This document shows, piece after piece, positions 20,390-29,143 of a stretch of DNA of 64,000 bases (within the stretch, counting starts at the first letter, position 1; the number at the start of each line of letters is the position of its first letter). The notes under the pieces were generated by a model that ran no database searches, was not told where the DNA came from, and saw only the letters and a program-made list of their open reading frames with translations. Both the position numbers and the translations under genes were made by a program. Location: positions 5,554-69,553 of the IMG/VR virus record IMGVR_UViG_3300044260_000037. One strand, 5' to 3'. The DNA comes from a virus.

Positions 20390-22205
20390 TACGATCCAAA
20401 TAGGTCGAGTGTCAACTGCTTCTAATCTCAAAAGGATTCAGCGACTCCTCTTGCAGAATGCTAAAGTTGCGAATCTCACCTATGGGTCGATGGCTAATGG
20501 TATGTTTGACAGGTTTAAGGATGCCAATGGGGTTGATGGTAGTTCGGTTTATGCTCTAGGAACGGGGTGTTGTGGGCCGACAGAGACGGGATCTGGAAGT
20601 TACACAGGATATGAAGACATCATCTCTATTGGAATATCTTCAGGAACAGCGCTTATTCAGGATATTAAAGGGTCAATCACGACATGGACGAAAGATTCAA
20701 CAGCTATGGGGCATTTTAATGTCGCCAATTCTGCTGTTATGGCAGGATGTATTATTGTTTTTTCAAATGGTGCTACGGCTAGTATACTATTTAAAAGTGG
20801 AGATGGGACCGGAGCCAGCAGCGTTACCCTTTCTGCAGACCACATTACAGATGCGGCACTTGAAAGTATTTCAGGATTGATTTATTCCGCTCCAAACGTC
20901 AAAATAAATTCTATTGTAATTGATGCGGCCCAAACCTGGGCACTTAGTTTAACAGATCTTGAGAGCGGACACGAGGGTTATAATTATAGGCAATGCCATT
21001 CATCTGGAAATTTATCCGTGAGCGGCACTCAAGTGAGAGTTACATTTAAGGCCTATTCATCTGGAGGCAATTTTGGAGTTGTACATGCTTCCTTTGCGGA
21101 GGATGATGGAAGTGGAAATGCGGTCGGGGCATTTGGAGGCTCTCAGTTCAAGGAATTGCTGTTCTCCGGTGTATCTGGTTTTAATATTGCGGCAGGGCAG
21201 ACGATTACAAGTGATTGGCTTACTTTTACTGTTGATAAAACAAAAAATTACTGGACAGATATGGCGTTTTCAGCCAGTAGCGCAAGGTGTTCTCGCAACA
21301 TAGCTTCTGGTGATGGGGCCTACTGGAAAGCAGCGGCAGCAGCAGATTGGAATGTTCAAACCGTTTCTGGATATACTCTTGCTACTTCTTTTGGTATTGG
21401 AGTATCTAAAATTGAGGTTCAATCTACCGGGACTCCAACTGATCTTTGTGCTCTTTATACAAACACAATTCAATTAAATAGTTCAGTTTGGGCGACAATA
21501 ACGCATGTCACAGCAACACAAACACTCAATGGAGCATCAATGGCATGGCATGCAGCCTCAGTCAATAAGGGTAACTCCGCTGAGAAGTGGTGGGTTTACC
21601 TGTCGTCAACTTGGAGATCCATTGTTGAACTAGTTAGCGGAACATGGAAGTACCGGGATGCTGGAGGGACTCTTCAAGCAGCGACAATAAATTCACGGTT
21701 AGGGGCATTGGCACAGGCTTTTGGAATTTCCCAGAACCAAATGAATGCTACGGCCCTAGCTGCAATCACGGAAGCACAATGGGCAACCCCATTCGTGGCC
21801 GGAACATTGGACTTTGCTTGTGGATTGCAGGCAAGTGGAGACAATGTTCCTATGTTAGATAAATGGACTGTAACTTATACCAAAACTTATGAGGGTCAGG
21901 ACATGGTTCTTATTTCTCAACCCGTCAATGCCCTTGTTGTAGCAAACAATGCCATTGCAACTCTTCTCATGTATAACATCCACTCATCTACAAAGGTCTA
22001 CGTCTCAACAGCAACATCGCCTTCCTGGACAGAATTAACAGGACTTACTAAAGTAGCAAGCACAATCGGAGGCGCAGGGATAGATCAGTATTCAAGTGAC
22101 TTGATATCCATCACAGGAAGCGCAGACAAGTCAATGAGGTGGAAAGTCGAGACAGACGCAGGGCATTCAACGCTATGTTATGGCGTGGCATTGAATTGGG
22201 TATAG
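20382..22205 (+). CDS. Putative tail fibre/receptor-binding protein
   Basis: 607 aa; block EKWWVYLSS.WRSIVELVSGTWKYRDAGGTLQAATINSRLGALAQAFGI nearly identical to previous gene. Confidence 0.7.
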   Translation: MPSTIQIGRVSTASNLKRIQRLLLQNAKVANLTYGSMANGMFDRFKDANGVDGSSVYALGTGCCGPTETGSGSYTGYEDIISIGISSGTALIQDIKGSITTWTKDSTAMGHFNVANSAVMAGCIIVFSNGATASILFKSGDGTGASSVTLSADHITDAALESISGLIYSAPNVKINSIVIDAAQTWALSLTDLESGHEGYNYRQCHSSGNLSVSGTQVRVTFKAYSSGGNFGVVHASFAEDDGSGNAVGAFGGSQFKELLFSGVSGFNIAAGQTITSDWLTFTVDKTKNYWTDMAFSASSARCSRNIASGDGAYWKAAAAADWNVQTVSGYTLATSFGIGVSKIEVQSTGTPTDLCALYTNTIQLNSSVWATITHVTATQTLNGASMAWHAASVNKGNSAEKWWVYLSSTWRSIVELVSGTWKYRDAGGTLQAATINSRLGALAQAFGISQNQMNATALAAITEAQWATPFVAGTLDFACGLQASGDNVPMLDKWTVTYTKTYEGQDMVLISQPVNALVVANNAIATLLMYNIHSSTKVYVSTATSPSWTELTGLTKVASTIGGAGIDQYSSDLISITGSADKSMRWKVETDAGHSTLCYGVALNWV

Positions 22206-22259
22206 AATATATGATTGGGAAGAAACAGGACATCGATGGCTTGTGGGTGGTACTTATGA

Positions 22260-22331
22260 CTAAACATAGGCGGCAGCGGCGGCCAAGGCGGCAAAGGCGG
22301 GGACGGAATAGTCATGATCTTTACGTGGTGA
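22260..22331 (+). pseudogene. Orphan 3' remnant of a glycine-rich-domain gene
   Basis: Reads LNIGGSGGQGGKGGDGIVMIFTW-stop after an in-frame TGA (22257-22259); no start codon precedes the Gly-rich segment. Confidence 0.55.
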
Positions 22332-22339
22332 GGTGTGTT

Positions 22340-22477
22340 ATGGAACATCAAACGGTCTTGTTGTCTGTCTTAGAAATTATTGAAGTAACTATCTTGATAT
22401 GGGGCTTTCGGAAGTTTTACGGGGAATTGAAAGCAATACGAGAAGTGCTTCAAAAGCAGAAAGGAGTGCAATCATGA
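22340..22477 (+). CDS. Small membrane protein
   Basis: GAGGTG RBS; one hydrophobic helix (VLEIIEVTILIWG). Confidence 0.6.
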   Translation: MEHQTVLLSVLEIIEVTILIWGFRKFYGELKAIREVLQKQKGVQS

Positions 22478-22620
22478 GTTGGGATTTCTGGACTGCCCCG
22501 CGTATCAACGAGGTTTTGAATCTCATTCAAATTGGATTGCTCATTTGGGGTTTGCGATGGTGGGCGCAACAAATACGAGACTTGGCCGAAGCAATAGCCG
22601 ACCTAAGGAGGGATAAGTGA
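22474..22620 (+). CDS. Small membrane protein, paralogue of the previous ORF
   Basis: AGGAG RBS; VLNLIQIGLLIWGLR. Confidence 0.6.
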   Translation: MSWDFWTAPRINEVLNLIQIGLLIWGLRWWAQQIRDLAEAIADLRRDK

Positions 22621-23249
22621 TAGGCTGGCTCGCCGACTTTCTTGCCCTTATTACCTCTACCGAGAGTCTTTGGAAAGGCATTGCCTTGGTATTGATGGCC
22701 GTCTTTGGATACCAAGTGTATAAGGAGCTTACGAACGTCAGGCTAGAGCTTCAGCAAGCAAGCACGGCGCTCATTAAGAACGGCAAGCCGATTTCTATTT
22801 CCACGGAGCTGACTGATTTAGAGTCCTCGGTCAAAGACGACATAGATCGGATAGAACGCCTAATAGGAGCGTTGTTTGATACTCATGAGAACTGCTCTTT
22901 GAACCAGGCTCAATGTATGAAGCTTCAGGAAGAATTTAAGGAGAAGCCGTGGCGGTTTTGTGAAAAGTTTGTCGATTGCCCCGCAGTTCAGACAAAGAAT
23001 CGGCTCGTTCAGGATGTTAAAAATATGCTCCAAGCGCAGCTCAAATTGGAGCTTGACGAAAGGAAGAAACAAGAAGAACAGTTTAATGCAGTATTTGCCC
23101 GGGCCGCTGAAGACCGTAAACGTCTGGAAGACTTAATATTAGAGAATAGGAACATTATCACAGCGTTTACTCAGGAATTTGGTGCGGAGGTTATTAAAGC
23201 AGTAGCAAGGGATAAACGGGAGCAGAACAATGTCCACCGGAATAAATGA
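22617..23249 (+). CDS. Membrane-anchored coiled-coil protein
   Basis: GGAGGG RBS; N-terminal TM helix, then heptad-like charged region. Confidence 0.65.
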   Translation: MIGWLADFLALITSTESLWKGIALVLMAVFGYQVYKELTNVRLELQQASTALIKNGKPISISTELTDLESSVKDDIDRIERLIGALFDTHENCSLNQAQCMKLQEEFKEKPWRFCEKFVDCPAVQTKNRLVQDVKNMLQAQLKLELDERKKQEEQFNAVFARAAEDRKRLEDLILENRNIITAFTQEFGAEVIKAVARDKREQNNVHRNK

Positions 23250-23430
23250 ACTTGGCGAAGGCATGGCTAAGACATATGCTAGAATTTGCAAAGAGATCCG
23301 AGAGCAGAACCCAGGGATTTGTCAAGATCTAGTCATAATCAGGACATACGCTCGGTTGATTCATGATGCGATTGACGCATTGGAGAAGCGGTTTGCCAAT
23401 GGAGAGTTTAAGCCGCCGAAATCTGGTTGA
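23230..23430 (+). CDS. Hypothetical protein
   Basis: GGGAG RBS; 66 aa. Confidence 0.55.
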   Translation: MSTGINELGEGMAKTYARICKEIREQNPGICQDLVIIRTYARLIHDAIDALEKRFANGEFKPPKSG

Positions 23431-23489
23431 CAAATCACGGGATTGTGTTACAAGCAGTTCCGTTTTGATCACTTTTCTTGGGAGGGAAA

Positions 23490-24818
23490 ATGTCATTAGG
23501 AAAACGACTCAAGGTAGCTATTCTCACGCCAGCATTTATGGAGTTTAGATCAGGATACTCATTGACCGGCATTGTTACCGACCAAGCACGAATGCTAATC
23601 CGTCATGGACATGAAGTGGATATTTATGTCAGCGAACAATTCAGCGACCCCGCCTACGTTCCGCCCTTAGGTGTGAACATCGTTCCGAAGATCCCTTTTT
23701 TGCGACAGGTTGATTACGCCAGAGAAGCCGACTTCGGCTCTGCGTGGCCGGAAGAGGAGAACTTCACGGAAGAAGACAAAATAGCCCACCGCACAGGCCC
23801 AGAGAATACGGCTCGAATGCTCAAGGAAGCCATGCCTCAGTACGACCGGGTCTTTACTCATGATTGGCTGCTTACGGGCTGGAAACTCCCCTATTATATG
23901 GGGCTGAGATCCGTGTCGGGAAGCCCGGCGCTCAAGGATGTTCGATGGCTCCATTGGATTCACTCCACGCCCACGCATGGTTATGATTGGTGGGATTTGT
24001 CTGATCTTGGCCGTAACCATAAAGTGATCTTCCCGAATCGGTCGTATCGGCAACTTGCCGCTGAAGCTTATAAAACGACACAAGAGAACGTAGCAGTCAT
24101 CCCGCATATCAAAGATCTGCGGGTGCTTCATAACTTCAGCGTTGAAGCCCAAGCATTCATTGACAAGTATCCGGGAGTCATGCAGTCCGATGTAGTCCAG
24201 ATTTATCCGGCAAGTGTGGATCGGCTGGAGCACAAACGTGTCCGAGAGACAATTTTGATCTTCAAGGAGATAAAGAAACTGGGCTTCTCGGTCTGTTTGG
24301 TCATTGCGAATCAATGGGCCACGACCTTAGCACGAAAGGAAGATGTCGAGGAATACAAGAAACTAGCCTTGAACAACGGCCTCACCTTTCAGGAGGTTAT
24401 ATTTACCTCAGAGTTCAAGCCAGAGTGGGAAATTGGCGTTCCGCAAAATGTCCTTGTCGATCTCTTCCGGTGCACAAACCTCTTTGTATTCCTTACGATT
24501 AGTGAAACCTTTGGCTTAGTCCTGCCCGAAGCGATTTTGTCAGGCGGCGTCCTTCCCGTTATCAACGGGGACCTCGATGTTCTGAATGAAATAACCGGTA
24601 TGCGCGGGCTACGCTTCTCGTTCGGAAATTTCCACAGTAAGGTCACACACGCCAACGGCGAAGCAAACTACCTGCGGGCCGTTGCCTCCGTTATCATGGA
24701 TCGGATGCAGGCAGAGGAAACTATCGCCGCAAGGACTTACATTCGGCTGACTCTCAATATGGATGAGCTTTATCGAAAGTATTACTTGCCGATTATGGAA
24801 GGGGCAGCAAGCTGGTGA
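23490..24818 (+). CDS. Glycosyltransferase, GT-B/GT4-like
   Basis: KVAILT..GHEVDIY N-terminus; ETFGLVLPEA (E-X7-E) motif; GGAGGG RBS before ATG 23490. Confidence 0.85.
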   Translation: MSLGKRLKVAILTPAFMEFRSGYSLTGIVTDQARMLIRHGHEVDIYVSEQFSDPAYVPPLGVNIVPKIPFLRQVDYAREADFGSAWPEEENFTEEDKIAHRTGPENTARMLKEAMPQYDRVFTHDWLLTGWKLPYYMGLRSVSGSPALKDVRWLHWIHSTPTHGYDWWDLSDLGRNHKVIFPNRSYRQLAAEAYKTTQENVAVIPHIKDLRVLHNFSVEAQAFIDKYPGVMQSDVVQIYPASVDRLEHKRVRETILIFKEIKKLGFSVCLVIANQWATTLARKEDVEEYKKLALNNGLTFQEVIFTSEFKPEWEIGVPQNVLVDLFRCTNLFVFLTISETFGLVLPEAILSGGVLPVINGDLDVLNEITGMRGLRFSFGNFHSKVTHANGEANYLRAVASVIMDRMQAEETIAARTYIRLTLNMDELYRKYYLPIMEGAASW

Positions 24819-25327
24819 ACGTAATAAATATTCAAGACCAACGATTTGGACGGCTTGTCGTACTTTTTCGCATATCCAATGACAGACTAGGAAATGCAAT
24901 GTGGAGATGTCGCTGTGATTGTGGTAACGAAAAGGATGCAATGGGAATTAAGTTACGGCTCCGGCGGATTTTGTCTTGTGGATGTCTTATGGATGAAAGC
25001 CGGAAAACAAGGAGTATTAAGCATGGTATGGAAGGAACAAGAGAATACCGTTGTTGGGCGCACATGAAAGAACGCTGCATGAACCCTAAACACAAACAAT
25101 ATAGTGATTATGGAGGTAGAGGCATTACAGTTTGCCTAGAATGGCAGCAGTCTTTTGAGGCGTTTTACGCAGATATGGGTCCGATGCCTTCTAATCTTAC
25201 TCTAGAGCGTCTAAATAACGATAAAGGCTATCTCAAAGAAAACTGCGCATGGGCTACCCGCAAACAACAAGCACAAAACAGACGCCCGCCACAACGCCAG
25301 GTAGAAAGGAAGGCCGCCGCATGGTAG
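24815..25327 (+). mobile_element. Free-standing HNH-family homing endonuclease
   Basis: RFGRLVV..WRCRCDCG, SCGC, YGGRGITVC..W, LERLNNDKGY..NC.WAT. Confidence 0.85.
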
Positions 25328-26682
25328 CTAAAGATGCAGTGTCTGTGGAGTGTGTCATTCCAGTCTGTAACCAATGCCGATTTACGGAAGAGATCCTCGG
25401 CCATATTGCGGAGCAGACTTATGTTCCCCCGGTGATTATCATAGACAACGGCAGTCAAGACGATACGGTAGCGATCATTCAGCGATTCCAGAAGCACCTT
25501 GACATCAAACATGTTCGGAACCCAAGCAACGTAGGCGTTAACAACGCCTGGAATCAAGGACTGCTTCTATCCTCTGCGATGGTCGTTTCGATACTCAACA
25601 ATGATTTGGTTTTGCCGAAGTTTTTCTTTGAAGCGGTTCAGCAGGTCTTTTTCAACTTCCCAAGATGTGGATACCTGGTCCCAGTGACTGTGGATAATCC
25701 ACTGGAGCCAGGCGCGACCGAAGCTATCGAAACCGTAGAAATAAGGGATCTGCCCTTCCGGGAGGGGTGGGCGCATTCAGTCCGGCGTGCAATCCCCATG
25801 TCCGCAGGGCCGATCCCTTCTGACGAGATATACACCTTTTATGGGGACGATTATCTATATCATATATGCGTAGAGCAAGGCTTTGCCCGGTATCAGATGG
25901 TTAATGTCCCGATTCATCATTATCTAAGCCAGACCCTCTATGCCACTGGCACCCACGAAAAGTTTGGCGATGATGAGGTTGCATGGCGTCGTATTAGAGA
26001 TGCAAGAGGCGCAGGAACTAGACCAGATGGTCAGAAAGAATGGAGGAAATTTCAGATGAAGTTATCAAAAGAAACAGAACAAACATCAGAACCTAAAGTG
26101 GCGCAGTCGCCTACCTTGCCCAAGCCCTGGAAGCACCATTGGAAAGACCTTCCGGCAGCAATAGACATGGCTTGTTATGCAGAGTACTACCAACAAGCCG
26201 TTGTAGACATGATGGCACGGCTGCCCGAGGACAAACGCAAGACCATGGTAGAAATCGGTGCTCGATTCGGCTGTTCCGCCAGGATCATGTTAGATGCGGC
26301 GCGTAAGCACGAACATTGGCATATGGTGCTTATAGACCCTACGGACAATCAGTATCTTGTCGAAGTTGTGGATGACTCCAGAGTCGAATTTTGGCAGACT
26401 ACGGGCGAAGAGGCTGCTAAAAGATTCAAAGACGACCGGCTTGCATTGGTTCATATCGACGTAGATCCTCATGAGTATGAACAGACCAAGAATCTGTTCA
26501 ATCTCTATGCGCCAAAGGTTAGAGTAGGCGGCGTGGTTTTGTTCCATGATTGCACCAGTGCCTTTGGAGTCATTAACTTTGTCAGCGAACTCAGGAATGA
26601 TCCGAATTGGCAAGTAGACTTTTGCCCTGCGCACCCGGAAAGCCCCATTTCCGCCCCTGCCAAGGCAGTAAAGATCGCGTAA
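25321..26682 (+). CDS. GT2 glycosyltransferase fused to class I SAM methyltransferase (Methyltransf_24-like)
   Basis: VIPVCN, IIDNGSQD, LNND; C-terminal VEIGARFG, HIDVDPH.YE, GGVVLFHD. Confidence 0.85.
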   Translation: MVAKDAVSVECVIPVCNQCRFTEEILGHIAEQTYVPPVIIIDNGSQDDTVAIIQRFQKHLDIKHVRNPSNVGVNNAWNQGLLLSSAMVVSILNNDLVLPKFFFEAVQQVFFNFPRCGYLVPVTVDNPLEPGATEAIETVEIRDLPFREGWAHSVRRAIPMSAGPIPSDEIYTFYGDDYLYHICVEQGFARYQMVNVPIHHYLSQTLYATGTHEKFGDDEVAWRRIRDARGAGTRPDGQKEWRKFQMKLSKETEQTSEPKVAQSPTLPKPWKHHWKDLPAAIDMACYAEYYQQAVVDMMARLPEDKRKTMVEIGARFGCSARIMLDAARKHEHWHMVLIDPTDNQYLVEVVDDSRVEFWQTTGEEAAKRFKDDRLALVHIDVDPHEYEQTKNLFNLYAPKVRVGGVVLFHDCTSAFGVINFVSELRNDPNWQVDFCPAHPESPISAPAKAVKIA

Positions 26683-26683
26683 A

Positions 26684-26727
26684 TTTTACTAGGTGAACTA
26701 GAGATATCTCTATATTACCTAGCAAAA
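26684..26727. promoter_or_regulatory. Imperfect 44-bp palindrome, copy A of a dispersed element
   Basis: ttttactaggtgaactagagat|atctctatattacctagcaaaa; 18 of 22 arm positions complementary. Confidence 0.65.
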
Positions 26728-26743
26728 AATACTAGGAGGGAAT

Positions 26744-27106
26744 ATGAAACTCGGTCTTGCAGCACGGCCTACGTTTATTGGTAGAAGCTACCGCCTTCTT
26801 ACCACGGTTATCTTAGGAGTTGCTGTCGGCGCACTTGCTACGATGGCGATACTTCTTTTTTCAGGCACTAAGATAGACGAGCAAGCATGGTCGTTGTTTC
26901 TCAATGCCAAGCTACCTTTGATTCTTACTCAAGTGTCGGTGCCTTTATTGGTTTTACTTCTCGTAGACCTCGGCACTCCTGGAAGGACTGTCAGCGCCAT
27001 CTGTGACGTAGATCCTACAGATGCATGGCAAGAGAAAGCCACTGCTGCGGCATTTCTCTTGGGGCTTACTTATGTCATGGTGCAGGCAGTCAAAGGCGGC
27101 TTCTAA
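26744..27106 (+). CDS. Membrane protein with about 3 TM helices, possible holin
   Basis: GGAGGG RBS; three hydrophobic segments; directly upstream of the NlpC/P60 gene. Confidence 0.55.
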   Translation: MKLGLAARPTFIGRSYRLLTTVILGVAVGALATMAILLFSGTKIDEQAWSLFLNAKLPLILTQVSVPLLVLLLVDLGTPGRTVSAICDVDPTDAWQEKATAAAFLLGLTYVMVQAVKGGF

Positions 27107-27612
27107 TGATGAAGATCTTGACATGGATCTTCATTGCCTTTGTTTTAGGGCTGATTCTCGTTGGTTGGGCATGGAGCTATGATGTATCAGATGTCCAAGT
27201 TAAGTGAATACAAGATCGGCTCCAGTTGGAGCTTAATTTCAATCCTATTTATCTTTGGGGTGGAACAAGTCTCCTGCCCGGTGCGCCAGGGGATTGCAGC
27301 GGGAAGATTTATGCTATCTTTGCTTCGTGCGGCGTTCCTGTCCAACGCCTTACGGCGAAGATGATGGCAGCCGGGTTTGATGGCTGGAACTTCCCCAAGG
27401 TCGATTATGCGCATGTTCGACCCTTGGCCGTGTTTTATATGACAATGGTTGAAAATAGACCACAGGGGCATATGGCGATCATTCAAAAGACCACTAGTCC
27501 GGGCGTGTATATCATGCTGCACATGTCTTCAACAGCGGGCTTTGTGGCCGTGACTGTAAAGGCCGGGACATGGCCTTATAAACACTTCGATTGGGCGAGG
27601 AACGTAAAATGA
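27106..27612 (+). CDS. Signal/TM-anchored NlpC/P60 cell-wall hydrolase interrupted by one in-frame TGA at 27205-27207 (recoded gene or pseudogene)
   Basis: Track ORFs ending 27207 and starting 27226 share a frame: MMKILTWIFIAFVLGLILVGWAWS..VQVK*IQDRLQLELNFNPIYLWGG..DCSG..GHMAI..MLHMSS (Cys-His-His). Confidence 0.7.
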
Positions 27613-28370
27613 TCAAGATACAAAGGTATGGATGGAAGAAAGATCATCCCGACCATAGGGATTTTCTTTACTCGAAAGTGGCTAAGAAAGAGGCTCCGAA
27701 AATCCTTCCTCCAAAGGTAGACCTCCGACCCTTTTGCCCCCCGGTAGAAGATCAGGGAAATTTGGGAAGCTGCACTGCCAACGCCCTTGTGGGCGCAATG
27801 GAGTTTCTTGAACTCAAGATGGGCAGGCCCCATGTGGATTTGAGTCGGCTGTTCGTTTATTACAACGAACGAGTCCTTGAGCATAGTATCAACTATGATG
27901 CCGGCGCGCAGATCCGCGATGGCATCAAGACATTGGCTGCCCAAGGCGTATGCCATGAAGAGATATGGCCTTATAACACCTTCAAGTTTAACCGGAAGCC
28001 TCCGGCGGCTTGTTACAAACAAGGCTCAGAGCACCAGATACTCAAATACTATCGAGCGACATCTTTGAAGCTGATAAGGCAGTCTCTTGCAGCAGGCTAC
28101 CCGGTAGTCTTCGGCTTCACTGTTTACGAGAGTTTCGAAACAGAGAAAGTGGCGAAAACCGGCATTATGTCCATGCCCAAAGAGAACGAGGAAGCCGTAG
28201 GTGGTCATGCTGTTCTCGCCGTCGGGTATGACGACATATCAAGCAAAGTCATCGTCCGCAACTCCTGGGGTCCAAAATGGGGCAAGCAAGGCTATTTCTT
28301 TATGCCTTATGCTTACATTAGCAACCCTTACCTTGCGGATGACTTCTGGTGCATTCGCGCAATGGAATAA
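27609..28370 (+). CDS. Papain-like C1A cysteine peptidase
   Basis: DQGNLGSCTANA, LSRLFVYY, GGHAV, RNSWG..WG..GY. Confidence 0.92.
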   Translation: MIKIQRYGWKKDHPDHRDFLYSKVAKKEAPKILPPKVDLRPFCPPVEDQGNLGSCTANALVGAMEFLELKMGRPHVDLSRLFVYYNERVLEHSINYDAGAQIRDGIKTLAAQGVCHEEIWPYNTFKFNRKPPAACYKQGSEHQILKYYRATSLKLIRQSLAAGYPVVFGFTVYESFETEKVAKTGIMSMPKENEEAVGGHAVLAVGYDDISSKVIVRNSWGPKWGKQGYFFMPYAYISNPYLADDFWCIRAME

Positions 28371-28405
28371 CCGTTAGGCTGCCGATTAATCCCGGCGGTC
28401 TGTTG

Positions 28406-28446
28406 CCAGGGGGTTGTCGAACCCTCCCACGGCTCCCCCTGGTTTT
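28406..28446 (+). terminator. Putative intrinsic terminator
   Basis: CCAGGGGG / CCCCCTGG stem followed by TTTT; a second 9-bp hairpin at 28376-28401. Confidence 0.55.
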
Positions 28447-28466
28447 CTATAAGGTAGGGTGAAAAT

Positions 28467-29108
28467 ATGAAAGTGTGCGAAATATTTCGCAGTATTCAGG
28501 GCGAGTCTAGCTTTGCAGGCTTACCATGTACGTTCGTTAGGCTCAGCGGCTGCAACCTGCGATGCACTTATTGCGACACTTCATACGCCTGGGAAGGTGG
28601 CGATGATATGGAAATATCAGGTATTAGAAGCATCGTTAAAGCCATCGGATGCAAACTAGTTGAAGTTACCGGCGGGGAGCCCCTTGTGCAACCAGAAACT
28701 AAAGACCTGATGCTTGAACTCTGGTCCGATGGGTATACTCTGCTTTTGGAAACAAATGGATCGTTGTCCGTAGCAGGGATACTTCCATATGTTCATATCA
28801 TCATGGATATTAAGACCCCTTCTAGCCGGGAGGAAAGCCAAGTCTTGTGGAATAATCTCGACTGCCTCACTGAGAAGGATGAGATAAAACTTGTCATTTC
28901 AGACAGGATCGACTATGAATGGGCGCGAAACGTCATTCAAACACGGCTACAGTCGGGACCCAACGCACCCGGCATTTTATTGTCGCCTGCGTATAGCACA
29001 ATGCAGCCGGACGAGTTGGCAAAATGGATTCTAGATGACGGATTGAATGTGCGGTTCCAGTTACAAATGCATAAGTATATTTGGCCTGCTGATAAAAAGG
29101 GCGTGTAA
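28467..29108 (+). CDS. queE: 7-carboxy-7-deazaguanine synthase-like radical SAM enzyme
   Basis: EIFRSIQGE, FVRLSGCNLRCTYCDT (CxxxCxxC), TGGEPL, ETNG, LQMHKYIW. Confidence 0.88.
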   Translation: MKVCEIFRSIQGESSFAGLPCTFVRLSGCNLRCTYCDTSYAWEGGDDMEISGIRSIVKAIGCKLVEVTGGEPLVQPETKDLMLELWSDGYTLLLETNGSLSVAGILPYVHIIMDIKTPSSREESQVLWNNLDCLTEKDEIKLVISDRIDYEWARNVIQTRLQSGPNAPGILLSPAYSTMQPDELAKWILDDGLNVRFQLQMHKYIWPADKKGV

Positions 29109-29143
29109 AGGAGCGTTGCAGCACTTTTAAGGAGGATTTCACT

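Noticed and set aside
19740..21830. Diversity-generating retroelement template/variable repeat pair, prompted by Mtd_N and duplicated fibre sequence
   Set aside because: Differences are mostly synonymous and not adenine-specific, both copies are coding, and there is no reverse transcriptase in the window
23667..24314. Long antisense ORFs (215 aa here; also 61624-62226 and 39071-39631)
   Set aside because: They shadow well-supported + strand genes and show no recognisable motifs
28371..28466. preQ1 riboswitch upstream of queE
   Set aside because: Hairpins are present, but I see no preQ1-I stem-loop with the A-rich 3' tail; a terminator explains it better
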